A stretch of DNA of 64,000 nt, from the NCBI RefSeq assembly GCF_009834535.1, contig NC_045697.1, forward strand, positions 71,674,001 to 71,738,000. Reading direction: 5' to 3'. Below, piece after piece: positions 38,291-50,984 of the stretch; within the stretch, counting starts at the first letter, position 1; every line of letters begins with the position of its first letter. Made by a program: the position numbers and the translations under genes. Source of the stretch: Camelus ferus (lineage: Eukaryota). Below the pieces are notes generated by a model that saw only the letters and a list, made by a program, of their open reading frames with translations, searched no databases and was not told the DNA's origin.

Positions 38291-41204
38291 TCAAGAGAGA
38301 TACTTGGTTTTCATTAAAGACTGAAAAGAATTACATGCTTGAAAGTTAATGGGAATGACCAATAGAGAGAGAAAAATTAATGCTTCTGAAAAAGAGGAAA
38401 AGTGCCGACAAAAGACTTTTGTGTTGGCTAAACAGGACAAGAAAGATACCAATACGAATACTATGTGTGAATGTATATTTGTGTGTGTGTGTGTGTATAC
38501 ATACATATACACATATGTAAATATATATATACCTGTATTTCTCCTTCAACATTAATCATAATAAAAAGTCTTTTAAATATTGAAAAGATGGAACAATGAT
38601 TTACTGGCAGAAGAGAGAAAGAAAATTTTCTAAGGAAGCAAGACCTCTGTGGTACTTTGGGAACAAATCTGATGAATGTTTTATTCTAGTTTGTCCCAAA
38701 TATGTCTTATTAGCTGTTTGTGGAAACAAGAGTGAAGCATGGTTCTACATCAGACATGATTTCCTGACAAGTGGTTAGGAATCCTTGATGAAAATCTTTT
38801 AGGGGAAGAGACACACTGTAGCTTGCAAGTGGTATGAGTGTCTTGGAGAGAAAGTGAACTTTCAGGAGGAAAAAAATCAGCATTTTCATCTGTCAGACAT
38901 TAATATCCACTCACGTTGACAAATCTCACACTCAAAACCTAGATTTGATCCCCATGTCTGAGACTTCAGCCTAAGCAAGCACATTTCTCCCTTTATTAGT
39001 GTTTAATTTGCTTTTCTCAATAGTGCCGAGTCCACTTATTCAAATCTGGCTCTCATTAAGACATCAGTAAGCCAATTAATCCATTTCACAGGAAAGGGTA
39101 ACTGCATAGATTTATATTGAATCTATCAATCTTGCATTTGGTGGGGAGAATGCCAATTATCCGAGCAATCTGATTCATTACTGCAGTATTGGACTGCGTT
39201 GCTGAACAAGCCTGCAGCTCGATTATAATAGCGCTGTGGGTATGTGGAGGGCTGGGAGCTGAATATTTGTTGAGGACAAGTTACGTAATTCATTGGGATG
39301 GAAGCTTTATTCACATTCCCTCATTCTGCATTCTCCATTAGTCTGAGGAACTGCTACTTATTTTACATTTTGGGAAACTGAGACTCATAAGTTGGACAGT
39401 GAGTGAACTGGGGAGCCAGAATTTTCATCAAATGACCTCCAAAAAAGATGTCAAGCCACAAAAATAAGAATCTCAAACTTAAGAGTCTTACTGAATGAGT
39501 TCTGTAATGATTAGAATGATTCCTTCCAATTCGAGCGTGGACTTTGAGTGGAAGAAAAAGGAAATGGGTTTTGCATCAGCACAAAGGGAGTCAGCGTGCT
39601 CTAAGTTGAATAATACTCAGTGAGTGAGCTAGGTCCTCACCGCCAATCTTCTTAGATGTTCTTTTTTTGAAACTCTAACCTTATGTCCAGATTATGCTCC
39701 TAAATAGAATGTCAGCCTCATTATTATATTATCATCATAATTATTCTCAAATGTTTACTGAGCACTCATTCTGTATCTAATCTGCTAGGATTGTTAGGGG
39801 GGGAAGGGGAAAAGACCAAACTCTGTACTTTTATTTCTCTCTGTAATCTACTTCATCAAATATCAGAATGTCATAAGATTCAAAATATAGATATGAAAGG
39901 TCTTTGGAATTTGTAAAGCTTTAGTGATATTTTTAGTATTATTATCACAGTTTTTAACTTCCTCATGAACATATTTTAATATTTCAATCACTTTGCATGT
40001 GAATTATTTTAATAAAGTCTTTGCAAATTAAAAATATACATATATGACACATGAATATTCCATACTATGAATTTTTTCTTTCTTATTTAAGAATGACTCC
40101 TGAAGTAAATATAGAAAATAATATTTATCAAATTTTTTTCTTAAAGAAGTTCAACTGTAACATCCCTTCAATCATAATAAAATGAATGTTTATTATGTTT
40201 TATTTTTAATCTGTCTTTTACTTATTAAGTCAGGAGAGGACTTCAATTCCCAGAAAAATTTAAGTGGCAGTAATTTGAGTAATAGAGATTCACATCTAGC
40301 AACATTTAGCCACTGTTGGAAGCCCTTCCTGTTGCTTAAATTCTAGCTGGTTGTGGAGAGATAGTAAATGAATAATCCAATAAAGTTATTTCAGAAAGTG
40401 ATAAAAGGTGTGAATATTTCTAATTAAAGAATAAAATGTACTTGAACTCTAGTTATAAAAAAGAATAGAAATTTATTACAGCATGCTCAATATCACGTGT
40501 TATAAATATAAATTTCCATTTAGTATTCGATTTCATGATGTCTTCATAACAAAATTATTCATTTATATGATATATTAATAAATTCAAGCCTAGAATCTAT
40601 TTATAACACTGTTTATCACACTGGCGAGAGTATATCGGAGTTTATAGTTACGTATTGATATGTGTGGGAATTTAATAGAAAATAATATTAATTTTTTCTT
40701 AAACAGGCTAAACTGTAACATCCCTTCAGTCATAATAAAATGAATATGTCTCCCACTGAACTATAAATTCCACAAAAGTAGCTGTTTGTTCACCATTGTA
40801 TCTGCCCAGTGCAGTTAGTGTCTCAGAGCAGAAGCTCTTTCTCTCTTACACACACATATATGTACACATATGTTATATTATGCATATGTTGCATAAAAGA
40901 ATGACTGCTTTCTACAAATATTAAGCATGCACTCTGTGTTGAATATTTTTATAGTTATAGTAATGTAAGACAGAGAAGTCATTCCTCTCATGAACTCACA
41001 TTTAAGTAGGGGGACAGACAAGAAACAAGGGAACAAGTAAGTGTTCTTTATTTTCTGTCCTCTTGTATCCAGTTGCTAGCAAGCAGTTAAGTACTTTGGA
41101 AAAAAGAACAGGTTAGTGCAAGAATCAGAAATATTGCAATTAGCAAAAAGCCACACAGAACTTGCTATGAACTGGTAGCTGTTTCTACTGCTGTCTGATA
41201 ACAG

Positions 41205-41360
41205 TTCTGTTTAATTATCCCCATTTCACAGGTGAGGGAATGAAGCGGAGTGGTTAGGTGACTGCCTGAAGTCACACAAGTCCTAGGAGGCAGAGCTGAG
41301 GCTTGAACCCGGGCAGTGTAGCTCTGTCTCGCATGCTTTAGCACTGCGCCAGGCTGCTCC
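41205..41360 (-). mobile_element. MIR SINE
   Basis: ttatccccatttcacaggtgaggg...gtcacacaag...ggcagagctgaggcttgaacccgggcagt. Confidence 0.85.
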
Positions 41361-41646
41361 TCAGTACTGAGGAAAAGCACACTCAGCCTTTTTGTGCTGT
41401 GTTCTCTAACAGCTTATCTTGCTGTAGGTCTGACAGATCTTTCTGCCTTAAAGTACTGCAGTACATCAGGTAGGATTCAACTCAGATGGAAGTCTGGGTC
41501 CAAATTCAATTTCACCTGTGTTCTATGCCGATGGACTAAAATGCTTCTAAGAATACAGAAAAAGAAAATACCAAATTCTAGTTTTAGTAGGTTAAATTAA
41601 ATTATCTAATGGCTGTTATATAACTTTCTGCTGCTATCCTTTGCTC

Positions 41647-41677
<31 letters not shown>

Positions 41678-41707
41678 CATTATAGTTTTATTTGTTCTCA
41701 AGAGTAT

Positions 41708-42172
41708 TGTGATGGTTATTTTACATTAACTTGACTGGAACTTGGGGTGCCTAGACATTTGATCAAACAGCAAATGGGTGCTTTTATGAGGATGTTTTTG
41801 GGTGAGATTAACATTTGAATCAACAGACTGAGTAAAGCAGGTTGCTCTCCATAGTGTGTGTGTTGAGAGGTAGGGGTTATCCAATCAGTTTAAGGCCTGA
41901 ATAAAACAAAAAGACTTGACTTTCCTTTGAACTGGGACATCATCTTTTCCTGCCTTTGGACTCAGATTGAAACATCAGTTCTTTCTGGGTCTCAAGTCTG
42001 CTGACCTTCAAACTGGAACTACATCAGTGGCTCTCCTGGGTTTCCAGCTTGCTGTCTCACAGGTCAGTCTTGGGGTTGCCAGCGTCTATAATCATGTGAG
42101 CCAGTTCCTTATAATAAATATCTTTACATGGATACATCCCATTGATTCTGTTCTCCGGAGAACCATAATACA
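41708..42172 (+). mobile_element. MLT2 (ERVL) solo LTR
   Basis: Starts tgtgatggttatttt, contains gagattaacatttgaatcaacagactgagtaaagcag and aatcatgtgagccagttccttataataaat, ends ggagaaccataataca. Confidence 0.9.
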
Positions 42173-42854
42173 AGGGTTCATTTTATTTTAATTCTCTTTC
42201 TATGATTAGATTTTTCTGAATCCCTCAATGGTACAAATCAAGATGAAGAAACAATCTGAGTGCTAGATTAATCCTATCATGTTACATTTTGCTGTCGGGG
42301 CTGCAGAGGTGTAGAGTCCTTCCCATGGGGAGGGACGGCTAAAGTGCCTGAGGTGAAGTCAGACACACACACAGCCCGGAAGGCTGAAAGGGAGAAGGAG
42401 ACAGGTGGGCAGAGGCAAAGCAATATAAATCCATAACAGTTCAAAAGCAGCTAACTAAAATTGCTGTAGGAAAATATCATGTGAAAAGGTGAAAGTGTTT
42501 CCTTAAAAGAAAATGCAGTTTGTCTAAGATCTTCACAGAGGTTTTTCAAGTACCTCCTAGGGGTGTTTGGGAAAAGAGGGGAACTTGTTTTAATGCCAAA
42601 AGAGTTTTACTGACCATCAGTAGATGGATGAAGAATGGGCCTGCCCAAAATGCCAGTGGAACTTTTCTTAAGAAATACTAGCAAAAGATTTTCAGCTAAT
42701 CGCACACTAACCTCAGTAAACATAGAATTCAGCTTTTTTCCATATTCCCTCTGATTTCCTTAACCCTTTGGTAGGTAGATATAGTAAATGGAATTGAAAC
42801 ATGGCCATATCACTTATTTTTTTTAAGTGGGTGAGTATGTCTCTATATATGTCT

Positions 42855-43183
42855 TGTTAAAAGATAGATTGGGGCACATTAAACATTTTAAGAGTTTATT
42901 TGATCAGAAATCAGTTCCAATCAGACAGTGCCAAAGCACAGTGGTTAGGAACGCTCCACTGACAGGAGCCGGAGGAAACACTTTTGCAGAAAACAGGCAA
43001 GGACGTCACTGACTGGGTAGAGCTTAAAGACTAGTTGTCTGCTATGATTGCTTTCCTTTTTGTTTTGATTTTATACCCTTGAGGCATTTACATATAGGCT
43101 TAGGGTTTGGTTTGCCCAGAGTAGGCCACCGTGGCATTAGAACCGCCTCAGTGTCATGACCTCCTTGTGTAACTAACTTAACA
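42855..43183 (-). mobile_element. ERV1-class solo LTR (MER93/MER57-like)
   Basis: Inverted termini TGTTAA...TTAACA. The minus strand ends CAAATAAACTCTTAAAATGTTTAATGTGCCCCAATCTATCTTTTAACA with a polyA signal. Degenerate 4-bp flanks gtct/atcc. Confidence 0.75.
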
Positions 43184-45689
43184 ATCCACATGTGCTCACA
43201 AAACTTCTCTCAGGTCCTCTGACAATGAAGTCAGAATCTGGACTTTTCTACAGGGACATTTCTTATGGTTTCAGGTTATTTGTCTTGTTGTAGTTGCATT
43301 TCCTGAAACATGTATATATTAAATACTTCAATAAATTGTGCTATGTCAGAAAGTGGAGGGCTGTTGTTTTGCAAGAGACAACTCTCACCACCATCATTGC
43401 CTTAGAGCGTAGCTTGAACAGTTTCTGAACGTAACACTGAAGATGAGATTACAGCTGATGGTGTAGCGCTTGTCATCCACTGAGCGGTCTTTTCCTTCTT
43501 TAATGAGCTGTCTCCCCTCCATATCAGTAACATTGTTATATTTCTGAAAGAAGAATTAAGGTGAGACCACCCACTCTTCCAGGAAATATGTACATGTACT
43601 AGAGGAAGCAAATCATGAAGATTTTCTTTTCAAATAGAGTTAAGCCCACCCTCCAAATGTAGATAAGAAGCAAAACAATAGACTTAGTGGATGAGCAAAA
43701 ATTGCAGGATGAGACTATGAAGATATGTGATAAGAATAATCATTAAAATAAATACTGTAAAGGTGTTTCTCTAAGGCTATTTGACATCATGGTCTTTTTC
43801 CTGTGATTTGAAGTGGCCCATGAGGTGGAGTTACCTCCATACATCATCTGGAGAATGTACACCAAAAAATCTTCTTGCCTCCACAATTCATACTCTGAAT
43901 TAGTTGTACGATAAACTCTGCTCCCTTTCAAATGCAAGCGTGAATTCTAGACAAACTGATGCCATGAATAATTGGCAAGTGACTATTGTGAAATTTATCA
44001 AAAACAATGGTGCGTGGTGGGGACAGGGCTGCAGAAAGAGATTATTTGGAAAAACTAATGGAAACAAGCCTTAGAGTTTTGTTTATGTTGGCGTAACAGG
44101 TAGCATATTTAATGATCAGTGGAGAGTCAGGTAAGGAAAAATAAAAAAATGTTAAGCATGAGAGCACCCACTGGGAGTAATTTCTTTTTCTGAGAAAACA
44201 AGTCAGTGGAAGAAAAACAAATGTAAAAGGTGCAAGGTTTTATATGGCTGTAGCGTCAGCACCTCTGGCCTAATACAAAAGGTTGTTAAATCTGGACCTT
44301 AATAAGAGAGGTGCATGTCTTTCAAGGCAGCAGTTCTCACTGCTGTGTTGCAGTCTCCTCACAAGGGTAACATCAGATTTGAGCCACATGTATTTTAAAA
44401 AATAATTTAGCATGTATGATGTTATAGTGATGACTTTCAAAGAGCATATTAAGCCAGATAGCATAATGTAATGCAGAGACCGGAACAGCTTACTGCCAAA
44501 GAGGAAAGGAAGTAACATCAAGAGTGTACCAATGGAAGGCCAGATACTTACCGAAAGAGTGACAGTCCTTCCTCACCAGTTTAGTGGAGAGCTGGTCAGG
44601 GCAATAAACTGTTCCACTCAAGACCTCGTGACAGGGCTGAAAGGCTACCAAATGGATAGGGGGACACTTGGATGAACACTGAGACACTGGCCTTCTGCAG
44701 TCAGGATTCTCCTGTAATTATTGCTGGCTTGTTTAAAGTGATTTAGGTCTTTGTATCCATTCCATTTTGAAAAAAAAAAAAAAAAAAGGGTGTCTGAAAG
44801 TGTGTCTCACTGCAACCACATAAATATTGTGAATCCTGCCTTAGGGCCTGGATGCCACCAGTAAGCTGCCCGATGTAAACGTGAAGCCAAACGGCAAAGA
44901 CAAAGCTGTGGGCATGGAGATGGGAACTCTTTTTGCTAGAAAGGAGGCCAAGCATGTAATAGCATTAACTGTGGTGGAGCTTCCAGAATGAGCTGCAAAA
45001 ACCTTCATTAGCAGCTGTAAGTGTCTGCTGAACTGGGCTGTATAGTCAACAAAGGAGACTGTAGCCCTTCAACTTACCTGCCTAAAGTGGGTCCTCTAGT
45101 ATCTCTCTGCCCAGCAGTGACCAGGTGAGTAAACCAAGTTGTGTGTGTCAGATGTGCCAAGAGGCTGTAATAGGAAACACAGCTGGGGGAAGTGACAGGG
45201 AAATGATCTGATGGCTGTGCTCTTTGAAGGAGAAACTCTTGATCTTTGATGGAGATGAAAGAAATTTATGAGCAGTGGGAGCCTCCATCACGTGCATCCC
45301 AAATGAACCCTAGAAACAAGAACTACTCCTTTATTTTAGGTTTATAAAGAGACGTTTAAATGTCATTTTTGTCAGATCAAGACAATCAAAGCTTAAGAGG
45401 CCTTTCTGATCGATGTAGTCAGGAGCTGTATGACCGTAGCTTAAAGACAACCAAAGCCTAAAACCAAACCAAACCAAACCACTAACTCACCCACAAACTT
45501 CAGAACCATTCTCCAGTAAGCTGAAGATTCCATGTCCAGTCCCGTAGCAGGCACTACTGTGACTGCACTGGTGTTGTAAAGCCATCTTAAAACAACTTTG
45601 CTGGGGGAACCTATTCCAGATTTCATACATAGTCACCAGTACCACGGTTCTTCATTGTCCACTTATTTTATGAGCATGTTTACCTGCAC

Positions 45690-45980
45690 TTTTCATAATC
45701 AGGACCATGGCCAACTCCCTCACATTCTTCAGGAACTTGCTAAAATGTCATCACAATGAAGTCTGCTCTGACCACTCTGTTTAAAATTGCCAACCCCAAT
45801 CCCCTCTTCACCTGTAACTCCAATTCCTCCTTTATTCTGCTCAGCCTGCCCCTTTTCTCAGCACTTACCACTTTCTGAAATACTACATAGCAGTATTTAT
45901 TATCTGCCTCCATCATCCACCTTACCCTACTGAGAAAGTAAGTACTATGAGGACAGGGATCTTTGTTTTCTTTTATTGCG
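45690..45980 (+). mobile_element. L2 3' fragment
   Basis: ctgaccactctgtttaaaattgc...cagcacttaccactttctga...tatgaggacagggatctttgttt. Confidence 0.7.
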
Positions 45981-47134
45981 TTAAAAAAAAAAAAAAAACC
46001 TTTCTAAAGTTGAAGAAAACAGATTATCTACACATTAGCGTAGGAAAATTGAACACCCACACTGAAATTCTAAAAGCAAAGCAATGAAAAAGTTGCATGA
46101 AAAGTTCTTAAGGAGTCAATCAGGAAAACAGCTGTGTCAGAAAATTGCCTTGTGGATGTAAATTGAAATGTAAATCTTTTGTGAGCTATTAATTTTCTGA
46201 AAAATGCATTAAGCTCATTAGTGGGCCACTGGACTATTCATTAGTTGAGAGGAGAGGAATTTACCAAGGCCCAAAATCTACTTTTTGAGAAAGGATCTAT
46301 TTTAGTTTTTGAAGTAATTTATTAAAATAAAAAAGTGGGGCAGGGGAGAGAGAAAAGGGTTGTTCCTTGAATTCAGCATATTTATTATTCAATTTATCAT
46401 CAAGTGCTGTTGAAAATTTCATATATGTGTAACAATTGATAGAACCTGTCAAAATTACCTCAAGTAATTAGTATATTATGGACTGGCTTAGGGATCTATG
46501 AAATGTGGAACAAACCTTCTCACTGCAGCCTTATTAAGGAAGTTTAATTACCAGGAAAAAAAAATGACAATACATCTATCAGGCATGATTAAGTGAGCGG
46601 TAGATACCTCTTGGGGAACCTCTATCCATAAAACCCATTCCCTGTATAGACTAATGACTAAAGATACTGTAAACCAAAGGTGGTCTCTGAGACCTTTGCA
46701 TGCAGAGTGAATATGCTCTCTCTTTATACTCCCGTGTTTTATAACAATGACATGTGCCATCTTGTAGTTAGTCCCCAAAATACTTTAAACTATATCCAGT
46801 AAACACCCATCTTTCCCTTCCTCCAGCAGTAACATGGTCTAAGTTTTTTTTTATCCCATGTTCCTGAAAATCAGGTCAAGCAGTAGGTACTGTTACCCAT
46901 CCCCTCTACCTGAGATGTATTTTTTTCTGAAATATCCATTCTTTCAATATTTTCAATTGATGTATTTTTTTTGTGGCTTGATGAGAGCCACCTTCCTTCC
47001 CAAGCAGGTTCTACAAAGGCCTCTGTCCCTACTCAGAATTTCTACACCTGCTGTCTTTTAAATTTCACAATATTCCTTTGTGGTGTAAGGTATTGTGACT
47101 TGGGATCTGTGGCAGATAAACCTTATAGTAATCT

Positions 47135-47611
47135 CAAAACCTATTTCTGACTACCTGTAACAAGATAACCTAAAATGTCATAATGATTTCTTAAAATATA
47201 TGCAATTTTCCTTGCTAGTAGTAGTAGGGTAATTAACATAAATATAGCAACAAACTGTCTCCTGGCATAATACAGTATGTAATACGTATCACTTGTTCAG
47301 CATAGGCTGGCGGGGTTTGGGGGGAGGATCTGCTCCACGCGATGACTCAGACACCTGGGCTAATGGATGCTGTACCATCTGACACCAGCAGCACCTGGAA
47401 ACATGGCTTCTGAAGTCGCAGTGGCAGGAGCATAAAGAGACAGAGGTTTAGAGACCCAGGCTCTTAACTGCCTCTGCCCATAAGTGACTGACATCACTTT
47501 CTCTCACAAATCATTGGCCTAGTCAAGTCACCTGGCCCCAACCCCACCACAGGGGATTCTAAGAAATGTAGTTGAACACGTGGACTATTTGGGGAGAACT
47601 ATCTCTGCCAC
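47135..47611 (-). mobile_element. Old MLT1 (MaLR) LTR
   Basis: tctgctccacgcgatgactcagacacctgggct...catcactttctctcacaaatcattggcc...aagtcacctggcc, ending tctgccaca. Confidence 0.7.
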
Positions 47612-48149
47612 ATGTTTTGCACACATCTCAGCTATGGGCACAAACTTAGGATGAAGCAAACTTGAAACTTAACATAATTTTAATAAAAACATATTTTAAA
47701 TGTGTCCAGAAACTCTGAAGGCGTTATCAAAGATAAAATACATCAGTAAGAAAGCAGTTTGCAAAAATAACATTAAAATTACTGAAACTGATCTCCTCTG
47801 ACAAGTTAGTTTCGCTGGTGCTACTCAGAAATCCTCTGAATGACACAGTTAAATGAGCAAGAGTAAAGTCAACTCCTAGCTTCCCTATTGACCACTGGAT
47901 GCATCCTTAAACCAACATACACAGAGCTCGTTTGTTGTCAGCTCACTCTAATTTACTTTGTGATTATTGCCCCCAGAGATGTATTCTTTCAACTTTTCCT
48001 CCCCTGCATATCATTATGAGGCATATACTTATTTCTCTTGATAAATGAATGTAATGAGAATGATCGATGTTTTGTACATTATTACAATGGACTTTTCCCT
48101 TCAATTTTTTGGATAGAAAAAAACATGATTTATAAAGTCATTTCATCAA

Positions 48150-49372
48150 TTAAAAAATAACCTTTTATATTTTAGAATACTTTTAGATTTAAAGAAAATT
48201 TACGAAGATAGTAAAGAGTTTCCATATACCCTCCACCCAATTTTCTCTTTAACATTCAACATTAGTATAGTACATTTATCCCAGTTAATAAGCCAGTATT
48301 GATATATTACCACAAACTAAAGTACGTACTTTATTCAGATTTTCAGATTTCCTGAGTTTTTTACCTGATGCCCTTTTTCTGTTCCAGGATCCCACCCAGG
48401 ATATTACATTGCGTGTAGTTGTCATGTCTCCTCAGACTCCTCTTGGATGTGACAGTATCTCAGGCTTTCCATGTTTTTGGTGACCTCTCAGTGTTGGGGA
48501 TCACTGGTCAGGTGTCTTGTAGACTGTGCCTCAAGCAGGACTTGTCTGATGTTTCTCTCATGGTTAGACAGAGGATATGGGTCTGGGTGAGGAAGACCAC
48601 AAGGGTACAGTGCCAGTCTCATCACATGGATGGTGGAGACTGTCAGCAGGACTCACCACTGTTGTTATCCTTGGTCACCTGGCTGGGTGGTGTTTGCCAG
48701 GATTCTCCACTATAAACTACTCCCCACACCCACTTCATTACTGTCCTCTGTGGAAGGAAGTCACTGTGTACTGCCCCGACTTGAGGAGTGGGGATTTATG
48801 CTCCAGCCTCTTTTTTTCCAAACCCCAGTCCTCACCAAGGCTTTCCACCCTGGTCAGAGTCACGGTGTGGCGGTGGCTCACCCCAAGGGCGTGGCCAGGT
48901 GCGTACGCTCTACCTCCTTGAGGATGCAGCATTTATGTAAAGTGTACAGGATCCTTCTGCGCAGGCGGACTGCCTGTGCTCCCCCACTTAGTTATTTTAT
49001 ACAGTCGTTTACATCAGTATGACTCATGGGTGTTTATTTTATCCTTTTGGTCCACAATCCATTTCTACTTTATTTTGTTTCCAAATTGTTCTAGCCTTGG
49101 CGGTTGGAGCTATTTCAGTTGGTTTCTCGTCCCTTTGATATACCCATCATGATGGGTTTTATCTTCAGCCCTTCTTTACTTTCCGGCGCTATGCTTTGTG
49201 TATCATCTTGTGTGCTTCCCGTCCTTGTTCTGGTATCGGCCATTTCTCAGGGAGCTCTGATTTCTTTTACTGGAAAACGACATTAGAGGCGAAGGTCTGG
49301 GACAACGCAGCGCGGCTGGTTGAGCAGTGCTTCTAGGCCCTCTCAGCTGACAAAGCAAAGAAGGACATGTGT
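48150..49372 (-). mobile_element. L1MC/L1MD-type 3'UTR fragment
   Basis: gagtttccatataccc, ttttctgttccaggatcccacccaggatattacattg, ggaaggaagtcact and cttctaggccctctcagctgaca. Confidence 0.85.
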
Positions 49373-49789
49373 TTTTCATTTAGTTTTGACTGACATCACC
49401 CTCAAGTTTACTGGGATTTCCTACAACCCTTGTCTAGAATAGGAGACTTTTCCTTCTTATCTGAGTTACTTTGACATTTGTGGGAACCTGCAGGAGGATA
49501 AAGAAAAACTGCCAGTTCTGAAACGTAAATGTGGGAGTAAATGTGGGAGTCTTGTCCTGGAGGCTTGTGTCCTTCATTCGTCATAAATATGATGTGGGGC
49601 TGTGGGGTTCTATGTGAAGCCAGCTTTCAAAGTGGGGAAAGTGTGATAACCATATACTTACTATAGTGTAGGTTTGATAGAGATGATAGACATATATAGT
49701 TTATATATATCAAATATATATTTGATTTGTGCATATTTGATAGAGGTGATAGTAAGAAGTTTGCTTTCTAATAAAAATAGGACGGTTTA

Positions 49790-49934
49790 GGGGGGAGGGT
49801 ATAGCTCAGTGGTAGAGCACATGCTTAGCATGCATGAGGTCCTGGGTTCAATCCCCAGTACTTCCACTAAATAAATAAGCGTAATAAATAAATAAGTAAG
49901 CCTAATTATATCCCTCCCCCCAAAAAATAAAATA
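49790..49934 (+). mobile_element. tRNA-Ala(AGC)-derived SINE of camelid Vic-1 type
   Basis: Head ggggagggtatagctcagtggtagagcacatgcttagcatgcatgaggtcctgggttcaatccccagtacttcca with Pol III A and B boxes, then a (taaa)n linker, cctaatta...ccctcccc and an A tail. TSD aaaaataggacggttta (49773-49789) / aaaaatgggaaagttta (49935-49951), 14/17 identical. Confidence 0.88.
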
Positions 49935-50089
49935 AAAAATGGGAAAGTTTACATTTTATTCCAGATTTTTCATTTTGACAGTTGATTAATACTGCTAGTA
50001 TTTCTCCAGTATTTCTTTGGCGTTCTTTTTCCTTCCTGTTTTTTATGTTATTGTTACAAACCTTCCTGCTAATCCGCTTGTGGGGTCAC

Positions 50090-50745
50090 TAAGGCTCCTG
50101 AGCCATGAAAATGACTCAGGGGAAGATGGTTTTCACTGCACTATTTTGAGCCCCTGCGGCACTTGGACTTCACGTGACAGTAAGAGCGGTGCTTATTTAT
50201 ATCATGAGGTGTCCCAGGAACCAGAGAGATCAGGAAGAACGAAGGGTGATGCACCCATCAGCAGGCTGAACATCTGGGTGACTACCCGCCTCAGCATTTT
50301 CATTTTTCTGGTCTTACTAAAATCGGCAGCCGGGGACTCTAGTCAGTCTAATTGATTCTGCAGCTGCATTGCCCAAAGTCATTCCACAGAATTCTGCCCC
50401 TGCACAGCCTCGGAGCCTGCGCTCTGTGCGCACTGCCAGCTCTGGGCCGTCGGGCAGGCCTCCATCAGCCTCGTGGGAAACACCTCCAGTAAACCAGGCA
50501 GGAGGCTGTGGCCTGTGGTGGCACCGTGGGCCCGCTTCCTCAGAGAGCTCAGGAGGCCTGGGTTTCTCCTGTACACTGTACTGTGTGCTGAGGGCTGAGC
50601 TGGAAAGCTGGGATTGAGAAAATAACATAAGTGAGTGAAGCAACCAGGCGCACATCCTGACATCGCTCTCCTGTGGAAAGTAAGTAAGCGTGCCAGACGA
50701 GAGGGTCTCCGAAATTGTTTTACATTCTAAAGTCACCGTGCAGGA
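50090..50745. promoter_or_regulatory. Candidate intronic enhancer/promoter (GC- and CpG-enriched patch)
   Basis: About 15 CpGs in 50320-50740 against a CpG-poor background. AP-1 TGACTCA at 50112-50118 and extended E-box TCACGTGAC at 50170-50178. No repeat recognised. Confidence 0.35.
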
Positions 50746-50984
50746 AAAAATTGAGCTCTCTCTTTAATATGAGTCCTAAACAATTTGTAAATCTCACTCT
50801 TGTAATTCCATAATTTAGAGTATGTGTTGATCTAAAATCAGACTTTGCAGCTAACTCTGCACACAGACATGGGAGCTAAAATGCAGAGAGGTAAAAGAGG
50901 GAAAAGGCAAAAAAAAAAAAAAACCAGGAAAATATTTGTTTAAGCATTTGAGATTCTTTCAATTAAAAATAAATTATTTTCTTC

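Noticed and set aside
48419..49286. Overlapping ORFs
   Set aside because: They lie within non-coding L1 3'UTR-derived sequence.
49792..49866. tRNA-Ala(AGC) gene
   Set aside because: It has an extra 5' segment, CpG-decay changes, a SINE tail and a TSD, and no oligo-T terminator. It is a SINE head.
50017..50736. Cluster of overlapping ORFs on both strands
   Set aside because: Explained by locally high GC (fewer stop codons); no protein similarity recognised.
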